A stretch of DNA of 26,778 nt from Candidatus Moraniibacteriota bacterium (GTDB taxonomy: Bacteria; Patescibacteriota; Minisyncoccia; Moranbacterales; UBA9337), in NCBI GenBank assembly GCA_018400055.1, contig JAGYNK010000005.1, forward strand, positions 1-26,778, given 5' to 3'. This document shows positions 1 through 9,565 of the stretch, piece by piece. The number at the start of each line of letters is the position of its first letter. The stretch's first letter is position 1. A program made the position numbers and the translations under genes. Under the pieces are notes generated by a model. It saw only the letters and a program-made list of their open reading frames with translations. It had not been told where the DNA came from and did no database searches.

Positions 1-17
1 AATATTTTAAACTTTTT

Positions 18-2099
18 ATGCTAAAAAATACACCCATTAATAAATTAAGAAATATAGGGATTATCGCTCATATTGACGCCGGTAAAACTACGACGACCGA
101 GCGTATTTTGTTTTACGCCGGCATTACACATAAAATCGGAGAAGTGCATGAAGGGGAAGCGGTTATGGACTGGATGGAGCAGGAAAGAGAAAGAGGTATT
201 ACCATCACCAGTGCGGCTACTACTTGCTATTGGAAAGAATATCAAATCAATATTATTGATACACCGGGACATGTTGATTTTACAGTTGAGGTTGAAAGAT
301 CGCTTCGGGTTTTAGACGGAGGTGTGGTTGTTTTTGACGGGAAGGAAGGAGTAGAACCTCAGTCGGAAACAGTTTGGCGACAGGCCGATAAATATAATGT
401 TCCTAGGGTTTGTTTTATTAATAAAATTGACAAGGAAGGAGCAGATTTTGAACAGGCGGTAAAATCTATTTGGAATCGACTAACTCCCAATGCTGTGGCC
501 GTTCAGGTCCCCATTGGTGAAAGAATGGATTTTAAGGGAGTGGTGGATCTTTTTAAAATGAAAGCTTATTATTTTGAAGGGGATAAAGGGGAAAAAGTTA
601 CAGAGAAAGATATTCCGGAAGAATTTAAAGAGAAGGCCAATGAATGGAGAGAAAAGATGGTGGAAAAAATAGCGGAAAGCGATGATAAACTGATTGAAAA
701 ATATTTAGGCGGAGAAGAAATTTCCGTGGACGAGTTGAAGAAAGCCTTGAGAAAGGCGGTTATAGAAGTTAAATTAATCCCGGTTCTTACGGGAACGGCG
801 CTTCGCAACAAAGGAGTGCAGCTTGTTTTGGATGCGGTGGTGGACTATTTGCCTTCGCCGGAGGATGTGCCTCCCATAAAAGGGATAGATTTAAAAACGG
901 AAAAAGAAGTTGTAAGAAAGCCTTTGGCGGATGAGCCTTTTTCCGCTTTATCTTTTAAGGTAGCGGCTGATTCTTTTGTGGGACAATTGACTTTTTTTAG
1001 GGTTTATTCGGGAGGAATTAAGACAGGTTCTTATGTTTTAAACTCAGCTAAAAATAGCAAAGAGAGAATAGGAAGAATATTAAGGATGCATTCCAATCAT
1101 CGCGAGGAAGTGGAGGAACTGCAAGCAGGTGATATAGGAGCGCTGGTGGGACTTAAAAATACCACTACCGGAGACACTTTGTGCGATGTGGATAATCCGG
1201 TACTTTTGGAATCAATAACTTTTCCGGAGCCGGTTATTGATATTGCAGTGGAGCCGAAAACCAAGGCGGATCAGGAAAAGATGGGATTGGCTCTTAAAAA
1301 ACTAGCTGAAGAGGATCCTACTTTTAAAGTTAGGACTGACGAGGAAACAGGACAAACCATAATTTCCGGAATGGGAGAGCTTCATTTGGATGTAATTGTG
1401 GACAGAATGAAAAGAGAGTTTAAAGTAGAGGCTAATGTGGGTAAACCGCAGGTAGCTTATCGGGAAACGATTAAAAAATTATCCGAAGCCGAGGGTAAAT
1501 ATATTCGCCAGTCTGGTGGACGCGGACAGTATGGACATTGCTGGATTAAGATTGAACCGAAAGAGTCAGGAGAAGGTTTTGAATTCGTAAATGAAATCAA
1601 GGGAGGAACTATTCCGCAGGAATTTATTCCGGCGGTGGAAAAAGGCGCGAAGGAGGCAATGGATAACGGAGTTTTGGCGGGTTATCCTCTGGTTGACATA
1701 AAGGTGGTTCTTTATGACGGTTCCTATCATGATGTGGATTCTTCCGAGGCCGCTTTTAAAATAGCGGGCTCAATGGCGCTTCAATCAGCGGTTAAAAAAG
1801 CCAATCCGGTTTTATTGGAGCCTGTTATGGAAGTTCAAATAATTACTCCGGAACAGTTTATGGGAGATGTTGTGGGAGATATAAATTCTCGCCGGGGAAT
1901 CATTAAAGAAATTAATGACAGAGGAGAAGGAAATGCCAGAGTAAAGGAAATAGAAGCGGAAGTTCCGTTAGCTTCCATGTTTGGCTATGCCACGCAATTG
2001 CGCGGTATGACTCAGGGCAGGGCCAGTTATTCCATGGAGTTTGGGCATTACGCGGAAGTTTCAGTCAGTGTGGCGGAAGAAATAATGAATAAGAAATAA
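18..2099 (+). CDS. fusA: Elongation factor G
   Basis: 693 aa; [48 protein letters not shown] motifs. Confidence 0.99.
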   Translation: MLKNTPINKLRNIGIIAHIDAGKTTTTERILFYAGITHKIGEVHEGEAVMDWMEQERERGITITSAATTCYWKEYQINIIDTPGHVDFTVEVERSLRVLDGGVVVFDGKEGVEPQSETVWRQADKYNVPRVCFINKIDKEGADFEQAVKSIWNRLTPNAVAVQVPIGERMDFKGVVDLFKMKAYYFEGDKGEKVTEKDIPEEFKEKANEWREKMVEKIAESDDKLIEKYLGGEEISVDELKKALRKAVIEVKLIPVLTGTALRNKGVQLVLDAVVDYLPSPEDVPPIKGIDLKTEKEVVRKPLADEPFSALSFKVAADSFVGQLTFFRVYSGGIKTGSYVLNSAKNSKERIGRILRMHSNHREEVEELQAGDIGALVGLKNTTTGDTLCDVDNPVLLESITFPEPVIDIAVEPKTKADQEKMGLALKKLAEEDPTFKVRTDEETGQTIISGMGELHLDVIVDRMKREFKVEANVGKPQVAYRETIKKLSEAEGKYIRQSGGRGQYGHCWIKIEPKESGEGFEFVNEIKGGTIPQEFIPAVEKGAKEAMDNGVLAGYPLVDIKVVLYDGSYHDVDSSEAAFKIAGSMALQSAVKKANPVLLEPVMEVQIITPEQFMGDVVGDINSRRGIIKEINDRGEGNARVKEIEAEVPLASMFGYATQLRGMTQGRASYSMEFGHYAEVSVSVAEEIMNKK

Positions 2100-2156
2100 T
2101 TTTTGAATTGGCAAGAACGTTTTTTTTGGCAGACAGAAAAAACGGAAGAAAAAAAT

Positions 2157-2185
2157 TTGACAAAACAAAAACTCCCTGTTAGGAT
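2157..2185 (+). promoter_or_regulatory. Candidate sigma70 promoter P1 upstream of tuf
   Basis: TTGACA (2157-2162), 17-bp spacer, TAGGAT (2180-2185). Confidence 0.6.
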
Positions 2186-2323
2186 TAACAGCAATGTGAA
2201 TCTTTTGCCGATAAGGAATTGAAGAATGAAAAAATAATTCTGTGTTTGCCGGTGGTGGATTTTTTCGGAAAGGTTTGTCTAATTTCATCCAATATTTATT
2301 CACAGATGTTTTTTATTTCATTA

Positions 2324-2352
2324 TTGCCAAAGATGAAAATTTGTACTAGAAT
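2324..2352 (+). promoter_or_regulatory. Candidate sigma70 promoter P2 upstream of tuf
   Basis: TTGCCA (2324-2329), 17-bp spacer, TAGAAT (2347-2352). Confidence 0.6.
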
Positions 2353-2480
2353 AATTTTTGGAAGCTTAGGCATTAATAATTTATAATTTTTTAATTTTTA
2401 TAAAAAATAATTTGCGAAAAACTGAGGGTATTTTAAAATGATATTTCAACAGTTTTTTTGCAAAGGGAAAATGAAATTTT

Positions 2481-3671
2481 ATGGCAGAAGAATTTAAAAG
2501 AGATAAAACTCATGTTAATGTTGGAACAATCGGTCATGTTGATCATGGAAAAACAACTTTAACCGCCGCCATGTTACACGTTTTGAGCTTGAAGGGAATG
2601 GCTAAGGAAAAAGGAGTCAAGGAAATTGATAATGCTCCGGAAGAGCAAGAACGCGGTATCACCATTGCGACAGCTCACTGTGAATATGAATCGGAAAAAA
2701 GGCATTACGCTCATGTGGACTGTCCGGGTCATGCGGATTATATTAAAAATATGATTACCGGCGCTGCCCAGATGGACGGAGCTATTTTGGTGGTAAGCGC
2801 CAATGACGGTCCTATGCCTCAAACCAGAGAGCATATTCTTCTGGCCAGGCAAGTAGGTGTTCCGGCTATTGTTGTTTTTATTAATAAAGTTGACATGGTG
2901 GATGATCCGGAATTGGTTGATTTGGTGGAAGATGAAATAAGGGAATTATTGTCTAAGTATGAGTTTGACGGAGAAAATGCGGCTATTGTCAGAGGATCCG
3001 CTTTAAAGGCTTTAGATGCGAAATCGGCTGATGAAGATGTGGCTAAGCCTATCTGGGATATTTTAAAAGCTTTGGATGAAAAAATTCCGGAGCCGGTGCG
3101 CGATACGGAAAAACCCCTTTTAATGCCCATTGAAGATATTTTTTCCATAGAAGGACGAGGGACGGTAGCTACGGGAAGGATTGAAAGAGGCGTGGTAAAT
3201 ATTAATGACGAAGTGGAGATTGTCGGATTAAGAGATACTCAAAAAACAGTTGTGACCGGTATAGAAATGTTCAATAAATCCTTAGATAAGGGGCAGGCGG
3301 GTGACAATGCGGGAGTTCTTTTGCGAGGTACCAAAAAAGAGGATATAGAGAGAGGGCAAGTTTTAGCCAAGCCGGGTTCTATAACTCCGCATACTGAATT
3401 TGAAGGAGAGGTTTATGTTTTGACCAAAGAAGAAGGCGGAAGACATACTCCATTCCTAAAAGGATATAAGCCTCAATTTTATGTAAGGACCACTGATGTT
3501 ACCGGTGAAGTTGAGCTTCCGGAAGGAACCGAGATGGTTATGCCCGGAGACACGGTGAATTTGAAAATCAAATTAGTTTCCCCGGTAGCCATGGAAGAAG
3601 GAATGCGCTTCGCTATTCGCGAGGGAGGAAAGACGGTGGGAGCCGGAGTGGCTACTAAGATCATAAAATAA
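2481..3671 (+). CDS. tuf: Elongation factor Tu
   Basis: 396 aa; [51 protein letters not shown]. Confidence 0.99.
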   Translation: MAEEFKRDKTHVNVGTIGHVDHGKTTLTAAMLHVLSLKGMAKEKGVKEIDNAPEEQERGITIATAHCEYESEKRHYAHVDCPGHADYIKNMITGAAQMDGAILVVSANDGPMPQTREHILLARQVGVPAIVVFINKVDMVDDPELVDLVEDEIRELLSKYEFDGENAAIVRGSALKALDAKSADEDVAKPIWDILKALDEKIPEPVRDTEKPLLMPIEDIFSIEGRGTVATGRIERGVVNINDEVEIVGLRDTQKTVVTGIEMFNKSLDKGQAGDNAGVLLRGTKKEDIERGQVLAKPGSITPHTEFEGEVYVLTKEEGGRHTPFLKGYKPQFYVRTTDVTGEVELPEGTEMVMPGDTVNLKIKLVSPVAMEEGMRFAIREGGKTVGAGVATKIIK

Positions 3672-3736
3672 TTCGGTTATAAGAAATAGAAATAAAATAA
3701 GAAAGGCAGAGTTTTTATTTATTTAAAAATTTAGAA

Positions 3737-4066
3737 ATGACAAAGAAAACGGAGGAAACACCACAATCAAGAATTAGGATTAAAATCAAGGCTTATGACA
3801 ACAAGGTCATTGACCAGTCAACAAGCAAGATTGTTGAAACAGCAGAAAGAAGCGGAGCAAAAATTTCCGGTCCGGTTCCTCTGCCTACCGAAATTCACAA
3901 AGTAACGGTTAATCGTTCTACTTTTGTGCATAAAGACGCCCGCGATCAGTATGAAATGAGAGTGCATAAAAGGCTGGTTGATATTTGGGATCCGAAGCCG
4001 AAAACTATTGACGATTTGACTAATCTTGATTTACCGGCGGGAGTGGACATAGAAATAAAAATGTGA
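3737..4066 (+). CDS. rpsJ: 30S ribosomal protein S10
   Basis: [45 protein letters not shown]. Confidence 0.98.
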   Translation: MTKKTEETPQSRIRIKIKAYDNKVIDQSTSKIVETAERSGAKISGPVPLPTEIHKVTVNRSTFVHKDARDQYEMRVHKRLVDIWDPKPKTIDDLTNLDLPAGVDIEIKM

Positions 4067-4072
4067 TATTTT

Positions 4073-4153
4073 TTACGAATTACTAATCTATTACGAATAT
4101 ACCAATCTTTTAATAACTCATTCGTATATTGGTAAGGGATTAGTAATTCGTAA
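4073..4153. repeat. Long inverted repeat built from tacgaat/tactaat/taccaat units
   Basis: ttacgaattactaatc (4073-4088) is the exact reverse complement of gattagtaattcgtaa (4138-4153); inner arms 4091-4106 and 4120-4135 pair at 14/16. Confidence 0.85.
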
Positions 4154-4158
4154 TTATG

Positions 4159-4269
4159 TTAGTTCAAGTCCCATTTTTGCCTAAAAGCTAGCGTTATATG
4201 GGATACTAAACTAGCCAGAAATTTTTTAAAATCTTAAAAGGTTTAACTGGCTTGGATGACCAGTTTTTT
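4159..4269 (+). promoter_or_regulatory. Candidate structured leader or attenuator upstream of rplC
   Basis: Stems tagtt/aacta and tcccat/atggga; alternative pairings agccag(4213-4218)/ctggct(4247-4252) versus aactgg(4245-4250)/ccagtt(4260-4265) followed by a T run. Confidence 0.35.
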
Positions 4270-4285
4270 ATTTGCAATTAAAAAG

Positions 4286-4849
4286 ATGAGTAAGTTTATA
4301 CTGGGAAAAAAAATAGGGATGACTACCATTTACAGCGAGAACAAAAACGCTTTGAATGTAACTCTCATTGAATGTGAGCCTAATTTAGTTTTGTTAAACA
4401 GGACCAAAGAGAGAGATAAATATACCGCCACTTTATTGAAAGTGGAAAAGAATAAGAAGAAATTCCATCTCAAGGAATTTCGTCTGGAAGAAAAGGATAT
4501 GCCCAAGGAAGGGGATAAAATAACTGTGGACGTTTTCCAAGAAGGAGATAAAGTAAAAGTGAGCGGGATTTCCAAGGCGAAGGGTTTTCAGGGAGTAATT
4601 AAAAGACATAATTTTCATGGTTCTCCGCATTCCCATGGTCATAGACATGACTGGAGAGCTCCGGGTTCCATCGGAAGCGCTTATCCGCAACATGTTATGA
4701 AAGGCAAAAAGATGGCGGGCAGAATGGGAGGAGAAAGAGTTACGACAAAGAATTTGGAAATAGTTTATATAGACAAGAGCAAGAATTTATTGGGAGTCAG
4801 GGGAGCTGTGCCGGGAGTTAACGGAAGAATAGTTGAAATAGCGGGATAA
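4286..4849 (+). CDS. rplC: 50S ribosomal protein L3 (start moved to 4286, MSKFILGKK)
   Basis: GKKIGMT, KGFQGVIKRHNF, RAPGSIG, KGKKMAGRMG, GAVPG; the family N-terminus fits the 4286 ATG. Confidence 0.96.
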   Translation: MSKFILGKKIGMTTIYSENKNALNVTLIECEPNLVLLNRTKERDKYTATLLKVEKNKKKFHLKEFRLEEKDMPKEGDKITVDVFQEGDKVKVSGISKAKGFQGVIKRHNFHGSPHSHGHRHDWRAPGSIGSAYPQHVMKGKKMAGRMGGERVTTKNLEIVYIDKSKNLLGVRGAVPGVNGRIVEIAG

Positions 4850-4873
4850 TAATTTGAAGTTTAATTTATACAT

Positions 4874-5554
4874 ATGCTAAAGGTTTCCGTATATAATTTA
4901 AAAGGCAATAAAACAGAAGACATTAAATTATCCGAGTCTGTTTTTGGCTTTCCTTCAAACAATAGCCTGCTGCATCAAGTTTATGTCTCTATTATGTCCA
5001 ACAAGCGGAGGGTTATCGCTCATACCAAAGACAGAGCTGAAAGGTCGGGCTCGGGGAAAAAGCCCTGGAAGCAGAAAGGAACGGGAAACGCCAGAACAGG
5101 ATCAGTGAGAAATCCTATTTGGAGAAAAGGAGGCGTAGTTTTTGGTCCAAGCAAGGATAGAAATTTTAAAAAGAAAATTAACACTAAAATGAAAAGGAAG
5201 TCAATAGTGATTGCCTTAAGTGAGAAATTCAGAGCAGGAGAATTAGTGGTAGTGGATAAAATTAAATTGGATGAAAAGAAAACCAAGAAATTTGCCGAGA
5301 TATTGAAAAATTTGAATATTAAGAAGAGTGCTCTAGTTGCTTTTTCTCCAGAAGAAAAAGATTATTACCTGTTTTGTCGAAATATTAAAAAAACGGGCGG
5401 AACCCCCGTAAGCCAGCTCAGTGTTTTTGATATGCTTAACTATAAGCAGTTAATGCTCAGTAAAAAATCAATTGATTATTTGGAAAAAAAATACGGAGAA
5501 GAAGGCGCGAAGGTGCAAAAAACGGTTAAGAAGAAAATAAAGTCTAAGAAATAG
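4874..5554 (+). CDS. rplD: 50S ribosomal protein L4
   Basis: TKDRAERSGSGKKPWKQKGTGNARTGS, WRKGGVVFGP; short Lys-rich C-terminal tail. Confidence 0.97.
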   Translation: MLKVSVYNLKGNKTEDIKLSESVFGFPSNNSLLHQVYVSIMSNKRRVIAHTKDRAERSGSGKKPWKQKGTGNARTGSVRNPIWRKGGVVFGPSKDRNFKKKINTKMKRKSIVIALSEKFRAGELVVVDKIKLDEKKTKKFAEILKNLNIKKSALVAFSPEEKDYYLFCRNIKKTGGTPVSQLSVFDMLNYKQLMLSKKSIDYLEKKYGEEGAKVQKTVKKKIKSKK

Positions 5555-5565
5555 AATTTAAAAAA

Positions 5566-6069
5566 ATGGGTATTTTTCAATTTGGAAAAAAAGAAGAAAA
5601 AAAAGAGGAAAAGGAAAAGGTAGTAAAGAAGAAAGAAAAATCCGTCAAGAAAAGTTTTAAAAAAGAGGTGAAAACCGATAATTTAAAGGTGGTTAAAAAA
5701 GACACCATTAATGAGGCCGAGGAAGATAAAAAAAATAAAGCAGGTAAAAAAGATGAAAAAGAGCCGTTTGTGGAAGGTCAATCTGAAATTGCTTGCAAGG
5801 TTTTATCCGAGCCTTGGGTTACGGAAAGATCCCATAATTTAATGGCTTTAAATAAATATGTTTTTAAGGTGAACAGACAGTCTGAAAAGAAGCAAGTTAA
5901 AAAAGCCATTGAAGAATTATACGGTGTAAAAGTGATTAAGATTAATGTGATTAATATTCCTTCCAAGAAGAGAAATTTTGCCAGAAAAGCGGGGTGGAAA
6001 TCCGGTTATAAAAAAGCTATCGTAACACTTAAGGAAGGAGATAAAATTGAACTGTTTCAAGGTGCGTAG
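5566..6069 (+). CDS. rplW: 50S ribosomal protein L23 with an N-terminal charged extension of about 74 aa
   Basis: Core PWVTERS...YVFKV...VKKAIEELYGVKVIKINVIN...KKAIVTL; syntenic between rplD and rplB. Confidence 0.93.
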   Translation: MGIFQFGKKEEKKEEKEKVVKKKEKSVKKSFKKEVKTDNLKVVKKDTINEAEEDKKNKAGKKDEKEPFVEGQSEIACKVLSEPWVTERSHNLMALNKYVFKVNRQSEKKQVKKAIEELYGVKVIKINVINIPSKKRNFARKAGWKSGYKKAIVTLKEGDKIELFQGA

Positions 6070-6073
6070 AAAA

Positions 6074-6154
6074 TAGTTCACAGTTCACAGTTAGTAGTTC
6101 ACGGAAAATTTAGTAAATGAAATCCTTGAACTGTTAACTGTTGACTAATAACTA
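6074..6154. repeat. Heptamer-array hairpin, (t/c)agttca family
   Basis: tagttca cagttca cagttag tagttca (6074-6101) faces tgaactg ttaactg ttgacta ataacta (6127-6154). Confidence 0.8.
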
Positions 6155-6157
6155 AAT

Positions 6158-6991
6158 ATGGCTATTAAGATATATAAAAAAAATACAGCCGGAAGGAGAA
6201 ATATGTCAGTGGTAAAACCCGGTAAACTTACGGATAAGAAGCCGGAGAAGTATTTACTGGCAAAAAGTAACAGAAAATCAGGCCGATCCCATGGTAAAAT
6301 ATCAGTGAGGCACAAGGGTGGCGGACATAAGAGAAGAATTCGCTTAGTTGATTTTAAACAGGATAAAATAGGAATTTCCGGAAAAATAGTTTCTATAGAA
6401 AAAGACCCGAACCGCAACGCTTTGATAGCGCTGGTAAATTATAAAGACGGGGAAAAAAGATATGTTCTGGCTTCAAAGGGTATGGAAAAAGGAAAGGAAA
6501 TAATAACTGATGAAAAAACTTCTCTTAAAGACGGTAATAGAATGAAGATTAAAAACATTCCGACCGGAACGATTATTTCCAATGTAGAAATAATTCCGGG
6601 ACATGGTGGACAGATTATAAGAAGTGCGGGGACAGGAGCGGTTTTGATGGCGTTGGATAAAGAGATGGCGCAGATTAAAATGGCTTCCGGAGAAATAAGA
6701 GCTGTGAGAAAGGATTGCTATGCTACTTTGGGGCAAGTAAGCAATTTTGAATATAATGCTGTGAGAATCGGAAAAGCTGGGAGAAAACGTTGGATGGGAG
6801 TCCGTCCGACTGTGAGAGGAACCGTTATGAATCCCGTGGATCATCCGCATGGAGGAGGAGAAGGGCGTTCCGGAGCCGGAATGAAATATCCTAAAACTCC
6901 TTGGGGAAAGCCGGCTCTGGGAAAAAAAACAAGGAAAAGAAAAAAGTATAGCAATAAGTTTATAATAAGAAGAAGAGGAAAAAAGCGCTAA
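6158..6991 (+). CDS. rplB: 50S ribosomal protein L2
   Basis: RHKGGGHKR, DPNRNA, RPTVRGTVMNPVDHPHGGGEG, TPWGKP. Confidence 0.99.
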   Translation: MAIKIYKKNTAGRRNMSVVKPGKLTDKKPEKYLLAKSNRKSGRSHGKISVRHKGGGHKRRIRLVDFKQDKIGISGKIVSIEKDPNRNALIALVNYKDGEKRYVLASKGMEKGKEIITDEKTSLKDGNRMKIKNIPTGTIISNVEIIPGHGGQIIRSAGTGAVLMALDKEMAQIKMASGEIRAVRKDCYATLGQVSNFEYNAVRIGKAGRKRWMGVRPTVRGTVMNPVDHPHGGGEGRSGAGMKYPKTPWGKPALGKKTRKRKKYSNKFIIRRRGKKR

Positions 6992-7083
6992 TTAAAGAAA
7001 ATTTTTACCAATTGACACAAGTTGTATATTTGAACAAGATTATCAAAACCGAATTTGTTTAAATAGGCAATTTAAATAATAAT

Positions 7084-7425
7084 ATGGCGAGAAGCTTAAA
7101 AAAGGGTCCTTATGTGGATGACAGACTGTTAAAAAAAATAAGTGACAAAAAAGCAGGCGATAAAACTGTGATCAAAACTTGGTCAAGGGCTTGCACAATT
7201 ACTCCTGAAATGATAGGCTTTACCTTTGGTGTGCATAACGGTAAGGAATTTACGCCGGTGTATGTAACGGAAGATATGGTGGGACACAAGTTGGGAGAGT
7301 TTTCGCCTACCCGAAAATTCATGCGCCACGGAGGAAGAATGCAAAAAGAACAAGAGTTGGAAATAAAGCAGAAAGAAATGGAAGCGGCCAAGGTTGCCAA
7401 GGCGGAAAATGAACAAGCGATTTAA
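7084..7425 (+). CDS. rpsS: 30S ribosomal protein S19 with a C-terminal extension
   Basis: [34 protein letters not shown]. Confidence 0.98.
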   Translation: MARSLKKGPYVDDRLLKKISDKKAGDKTVIKTWSRACTITPEMIGFTFGVHNGKEFTPVYVTEDMVGHKLGEFSPTRKFMRHGGRMQKEQELEIKQKEMEAAKVAKAENEQAI

Positions 7426-7465
7426 ACATTTCAGTGATTAAAATAGTGATGATTAAAATATTATT

Positions 7466-8050
7466 ATGAAAGTTACAGCTCAGTTAAACAATTTAAGAAT
7501 ATCTCCGCGCAAAACCAGGTTAGTTGCCGATTTGATTAGAAATTGCGAGATAGACGAAGCTTTAGCGCAATTAAGGGAAACACTGAAAAGCTCGGGTTCG
7601 CGCTTGGAAAAACTTTTAAATAGCGCGGTTTCCAACGCGGAAAATAATTTCGGGTTGGATAAAGACAATTTATATATATGCGATATTCAGGTGGGGGAAG
7701 GTCCTACATTGAAAAGGTGGATGCCGAGGGCTCACGGACGAGCTACGCCTATTTTAAAAAGAACTTCCAAGATAAAATTGGTTTTAGAAGAAAGAATTGA
7801 AGGAAAAAACAGGAAGTCCAAAGAGCAAATGGAAAAAGAAAGAAAACAACGCGAAAAGGATAATGAAAAAATGGAAAAAGATATGACGGAAGGAAGCAAA
7901 AAAATAGAGAGTCAATTGGAAACGGAAGATGAGAAAAGCGAAAGGATTGCGGCTGAAAACAAGAAAGAACATCGCAAAATAGAAAGTGAAAGAAAACAAA
8001 GCCGCGAAAGCGGATGGGCGAAAAAGATATTCAGACGCAAGTCGGTTTAA
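7466..8050 (+). CDS. rplV: 50S ribosomal protein L22 with a C-terminal extension of about 84 aa
   Basis: RISPRKTRLVADLIR, SAVSNAENN, GPTLKRWMPRAHGRA, KRTSKI. Confidence 0.96.
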   Translation: MKVTAQLNNLRISPRKTRLVADLIRNCEIDEALAQLRETLKSSGSRLEKLLNSAVSNAENNFGLDKDNLYICDIQVGEGPTLKRWMPRAHGRATPILKRTSKIKLVLEERIEGKNRKSKEQMEKERKQREKDNEKMEKDMTEGSKKIESQLETEDEKSERIAAENKKEHRKIESERKQSRESGWAKKIFRRKSV

Positions 8051-8110
8051 GCTTGAAAAAGATAATTTTTCAACAATTATTTTATAAGACGAGAGAATTT
8101 AAATATAGCT

Positions 8111-8764
8111 ATGGGAAAAAAAATTAATCCAAAAAGTCTGCGCATAGGCATTACCACGAATTGGAAATCAAGATGGTTTGGTAAAAAAGATTACTCTAAA
8201 AATTTAAAAGAGGATGTTTTAATTCGCGGTTATATATTGGAAAAGTGGAAAGAAGCGGCTATTTCCGATGTGGAAATAGAAAGATTTTTTAATGTGATTA
8301 AGGTTATTATTTTCACCTCGCGCCCGGGAGTATTGATAGGAAGAGGCGGGACCGGTATTGAGGATATCAGCAAATTATTAAAAAAGAATTTTTTTGCCAA
8401 TAGAAAAACGGATCTTAAAATTGAAATTAAAGAAATAAAACGGTTTGAAGAAAACGCTTCTTTGGTTGCGCAGAACGTAGCGGAACAATTGGAAAAGAGA
8501 ATGCCATTCAGGAGAGTGCTTAAATCCGCTTTGGACCAATCCGAAAAGAATAAAAATGTGAAAGGAATAAAGATAGAAATCTCAGGACGTTTAGGAGGAG
8601 CGGAAATGTCCAGGCGGGAGTGGCTTTCACGAGGAACCATTCCTCTGCACACTTTAAGAGCGGATATTGATTATGCCAGAGTCACGGCAAAGACCACATA
8701 TGGTTCCATAGGAGTAAAAGTTTGGATATACAAAGGAGAAGTTTTTAATGATGAAAATCATTAA
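8111..8764 (+). CDS. rpsC: 30S ribosomal protein S3
   Basis: MGKKINPKSLRIG, RPGVLIGRGG, SGRLGGAEMSR, PLHTLRADIDY, GVKVWIYKGE. Confidence 0.99.
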   Translation: MGKKINPKSLRIGITTNWKSRWFGKKDYSKNLKEDVLIRGYILEKWKEAAISDVEIERFFNVIKVIIFTSRPGVLIGRGGTGIEDISKLLKKNFFANRKTDLKIEIKEIKRFEENASLVAQNVAEQLEKRMPFRRVLKSALDQSEKNKNVKGIKIEISGRLGGAEMSRREWLSRGTIPLHTLRADIDYARVTAKTTYGSIGVKVWIYKGEVFNDENH

Positions 8765-8848
8765 TCAATACGAATTATACTCTAAAAATCAATTACTGAT
8801 AAATTTTCATTTTTATTTGGGATTATTAGGGATAGATTGGTATGGATT
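8763..8848. repeat. Degenerate inverted repeat of the tacgaat/taccaat family
   Basis: aatcaatacgaattatactctaaaaatc (8763-8790) matches the reverse complement of 8821-8848 at 20/28, plus 2 G-T wobbles. Confidence 0.55.
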
Positions 8849-8866
8849 AGAGATTTATAAATTTAT

Positions 8867-9280
8867 ATGTTATTAATGCCCAGAAAAGTTAAACACCGAA
8901 AAATGCAGAGAGGCGGACGGATAAAGAAAATATCCAGCAAGGGAACGGAGATTAATTTCGGGAGCTTTGGAATTAAAGCTATGAACAGCGGTTTGATTTC
9001 AGCGCGCCAAATTGAAGCGGCCAGAAGAGCCATGACCAGATATATTCAAAGAGGAGGAAAAGTTTGGATTAGAATTTTTCCGGATAAGCCTATGACTGAA
9101 AAGGGAGCGCAAACTCCAATGGGAAAAGGAAAGGGCGGCGTTGATCATTTCGTAGCCAAAGTTAAAGGCGGTAAAGTTCTTTTTGAGATGGATGGTGTGA
9201 GTGAAGAAGTTGCCAAAAAGGCTATGAGCCTAGCTTCCTATAAATTGGGAGTCAAGACGAAGTTTGTTAAGAGAATTTAA
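8867..9280 (+). CDS. rplP: 50S ribosomal protein L16
   Basis: QIEAARRAMTR, GGKVWIRIFPDKP, MGKGKG, VLFEMDGV. Confidence 0.98.
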   Translation: MLLMPRKVKHRKMQRGGRIKKISSKGTEINFGSFGIKAMNSGLISARQIEAARRAMTRYIQRGGKVWIRIFPDKPMTEKGAQTPMGKGKGGVDHFVAKVKGGKVLFEMDGVSEEVAKKAMSLASYKLGVKTKFVKRI

Positions 9281-9325
9281 TAATTAATTTTAATTCAAAG
9301 ACGGCGAGGTAAATTTTAAAAAGAT

Positions 9326-9559
9326 ATGAAACCTGAAGAAATAAGAGAAAAAAGAACAAAAGAAAATAAGAGAGTTTTAAGAGAAAAGCGAATGTTAGCA
9401 AGGAAGCTAAGGTTTGAAATAGTTTCCAGGCAAACGAAGGAACACAGAGATTACAGAAAAACTAAAAAAGATATAGCCAGAATCTTGACTATTTTAAAAG
9501 AGGGCGATAAAAAAGTAAAAGTTGCCAAAAAGGAAATTAAGAATAATATTAACCATTAA
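9326..9559 (+). CDS. rpmC: 50S ribosomal protein L29 (divergent, with a C-terminal tail)
   Basis: LRF...KKDIARILTIL motif; syntenic between rplP and rpsQ. Confidence 0.88.
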   Translation: MKPEEIREKRTKENKRVLREKRMLARKLRFEIVSRQTKEHRDYRKTKKDIARILTILKEGDKKVKVAKKEIKNNINH

Positions 9560-9565
9560 TTTTTT

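Noticed and set aside
4256-4285. ORF-track start for rplC at 4256
   Set aside because: It lies in the hairpin and T-run region; the L3 family N-terminus matches ATG 4286
7012-7040. TTGACA upstream of rpsS
   Set aside because: No -10-like hexamer at 16-18 bp (caagat at 17 bp)
8053-8073. ttgaaaaa-gataa-tttttcaa hairpin after rplV as a terminator
   Set aside because: Almost all A-U pairs, no following U tract, and located mid-operon
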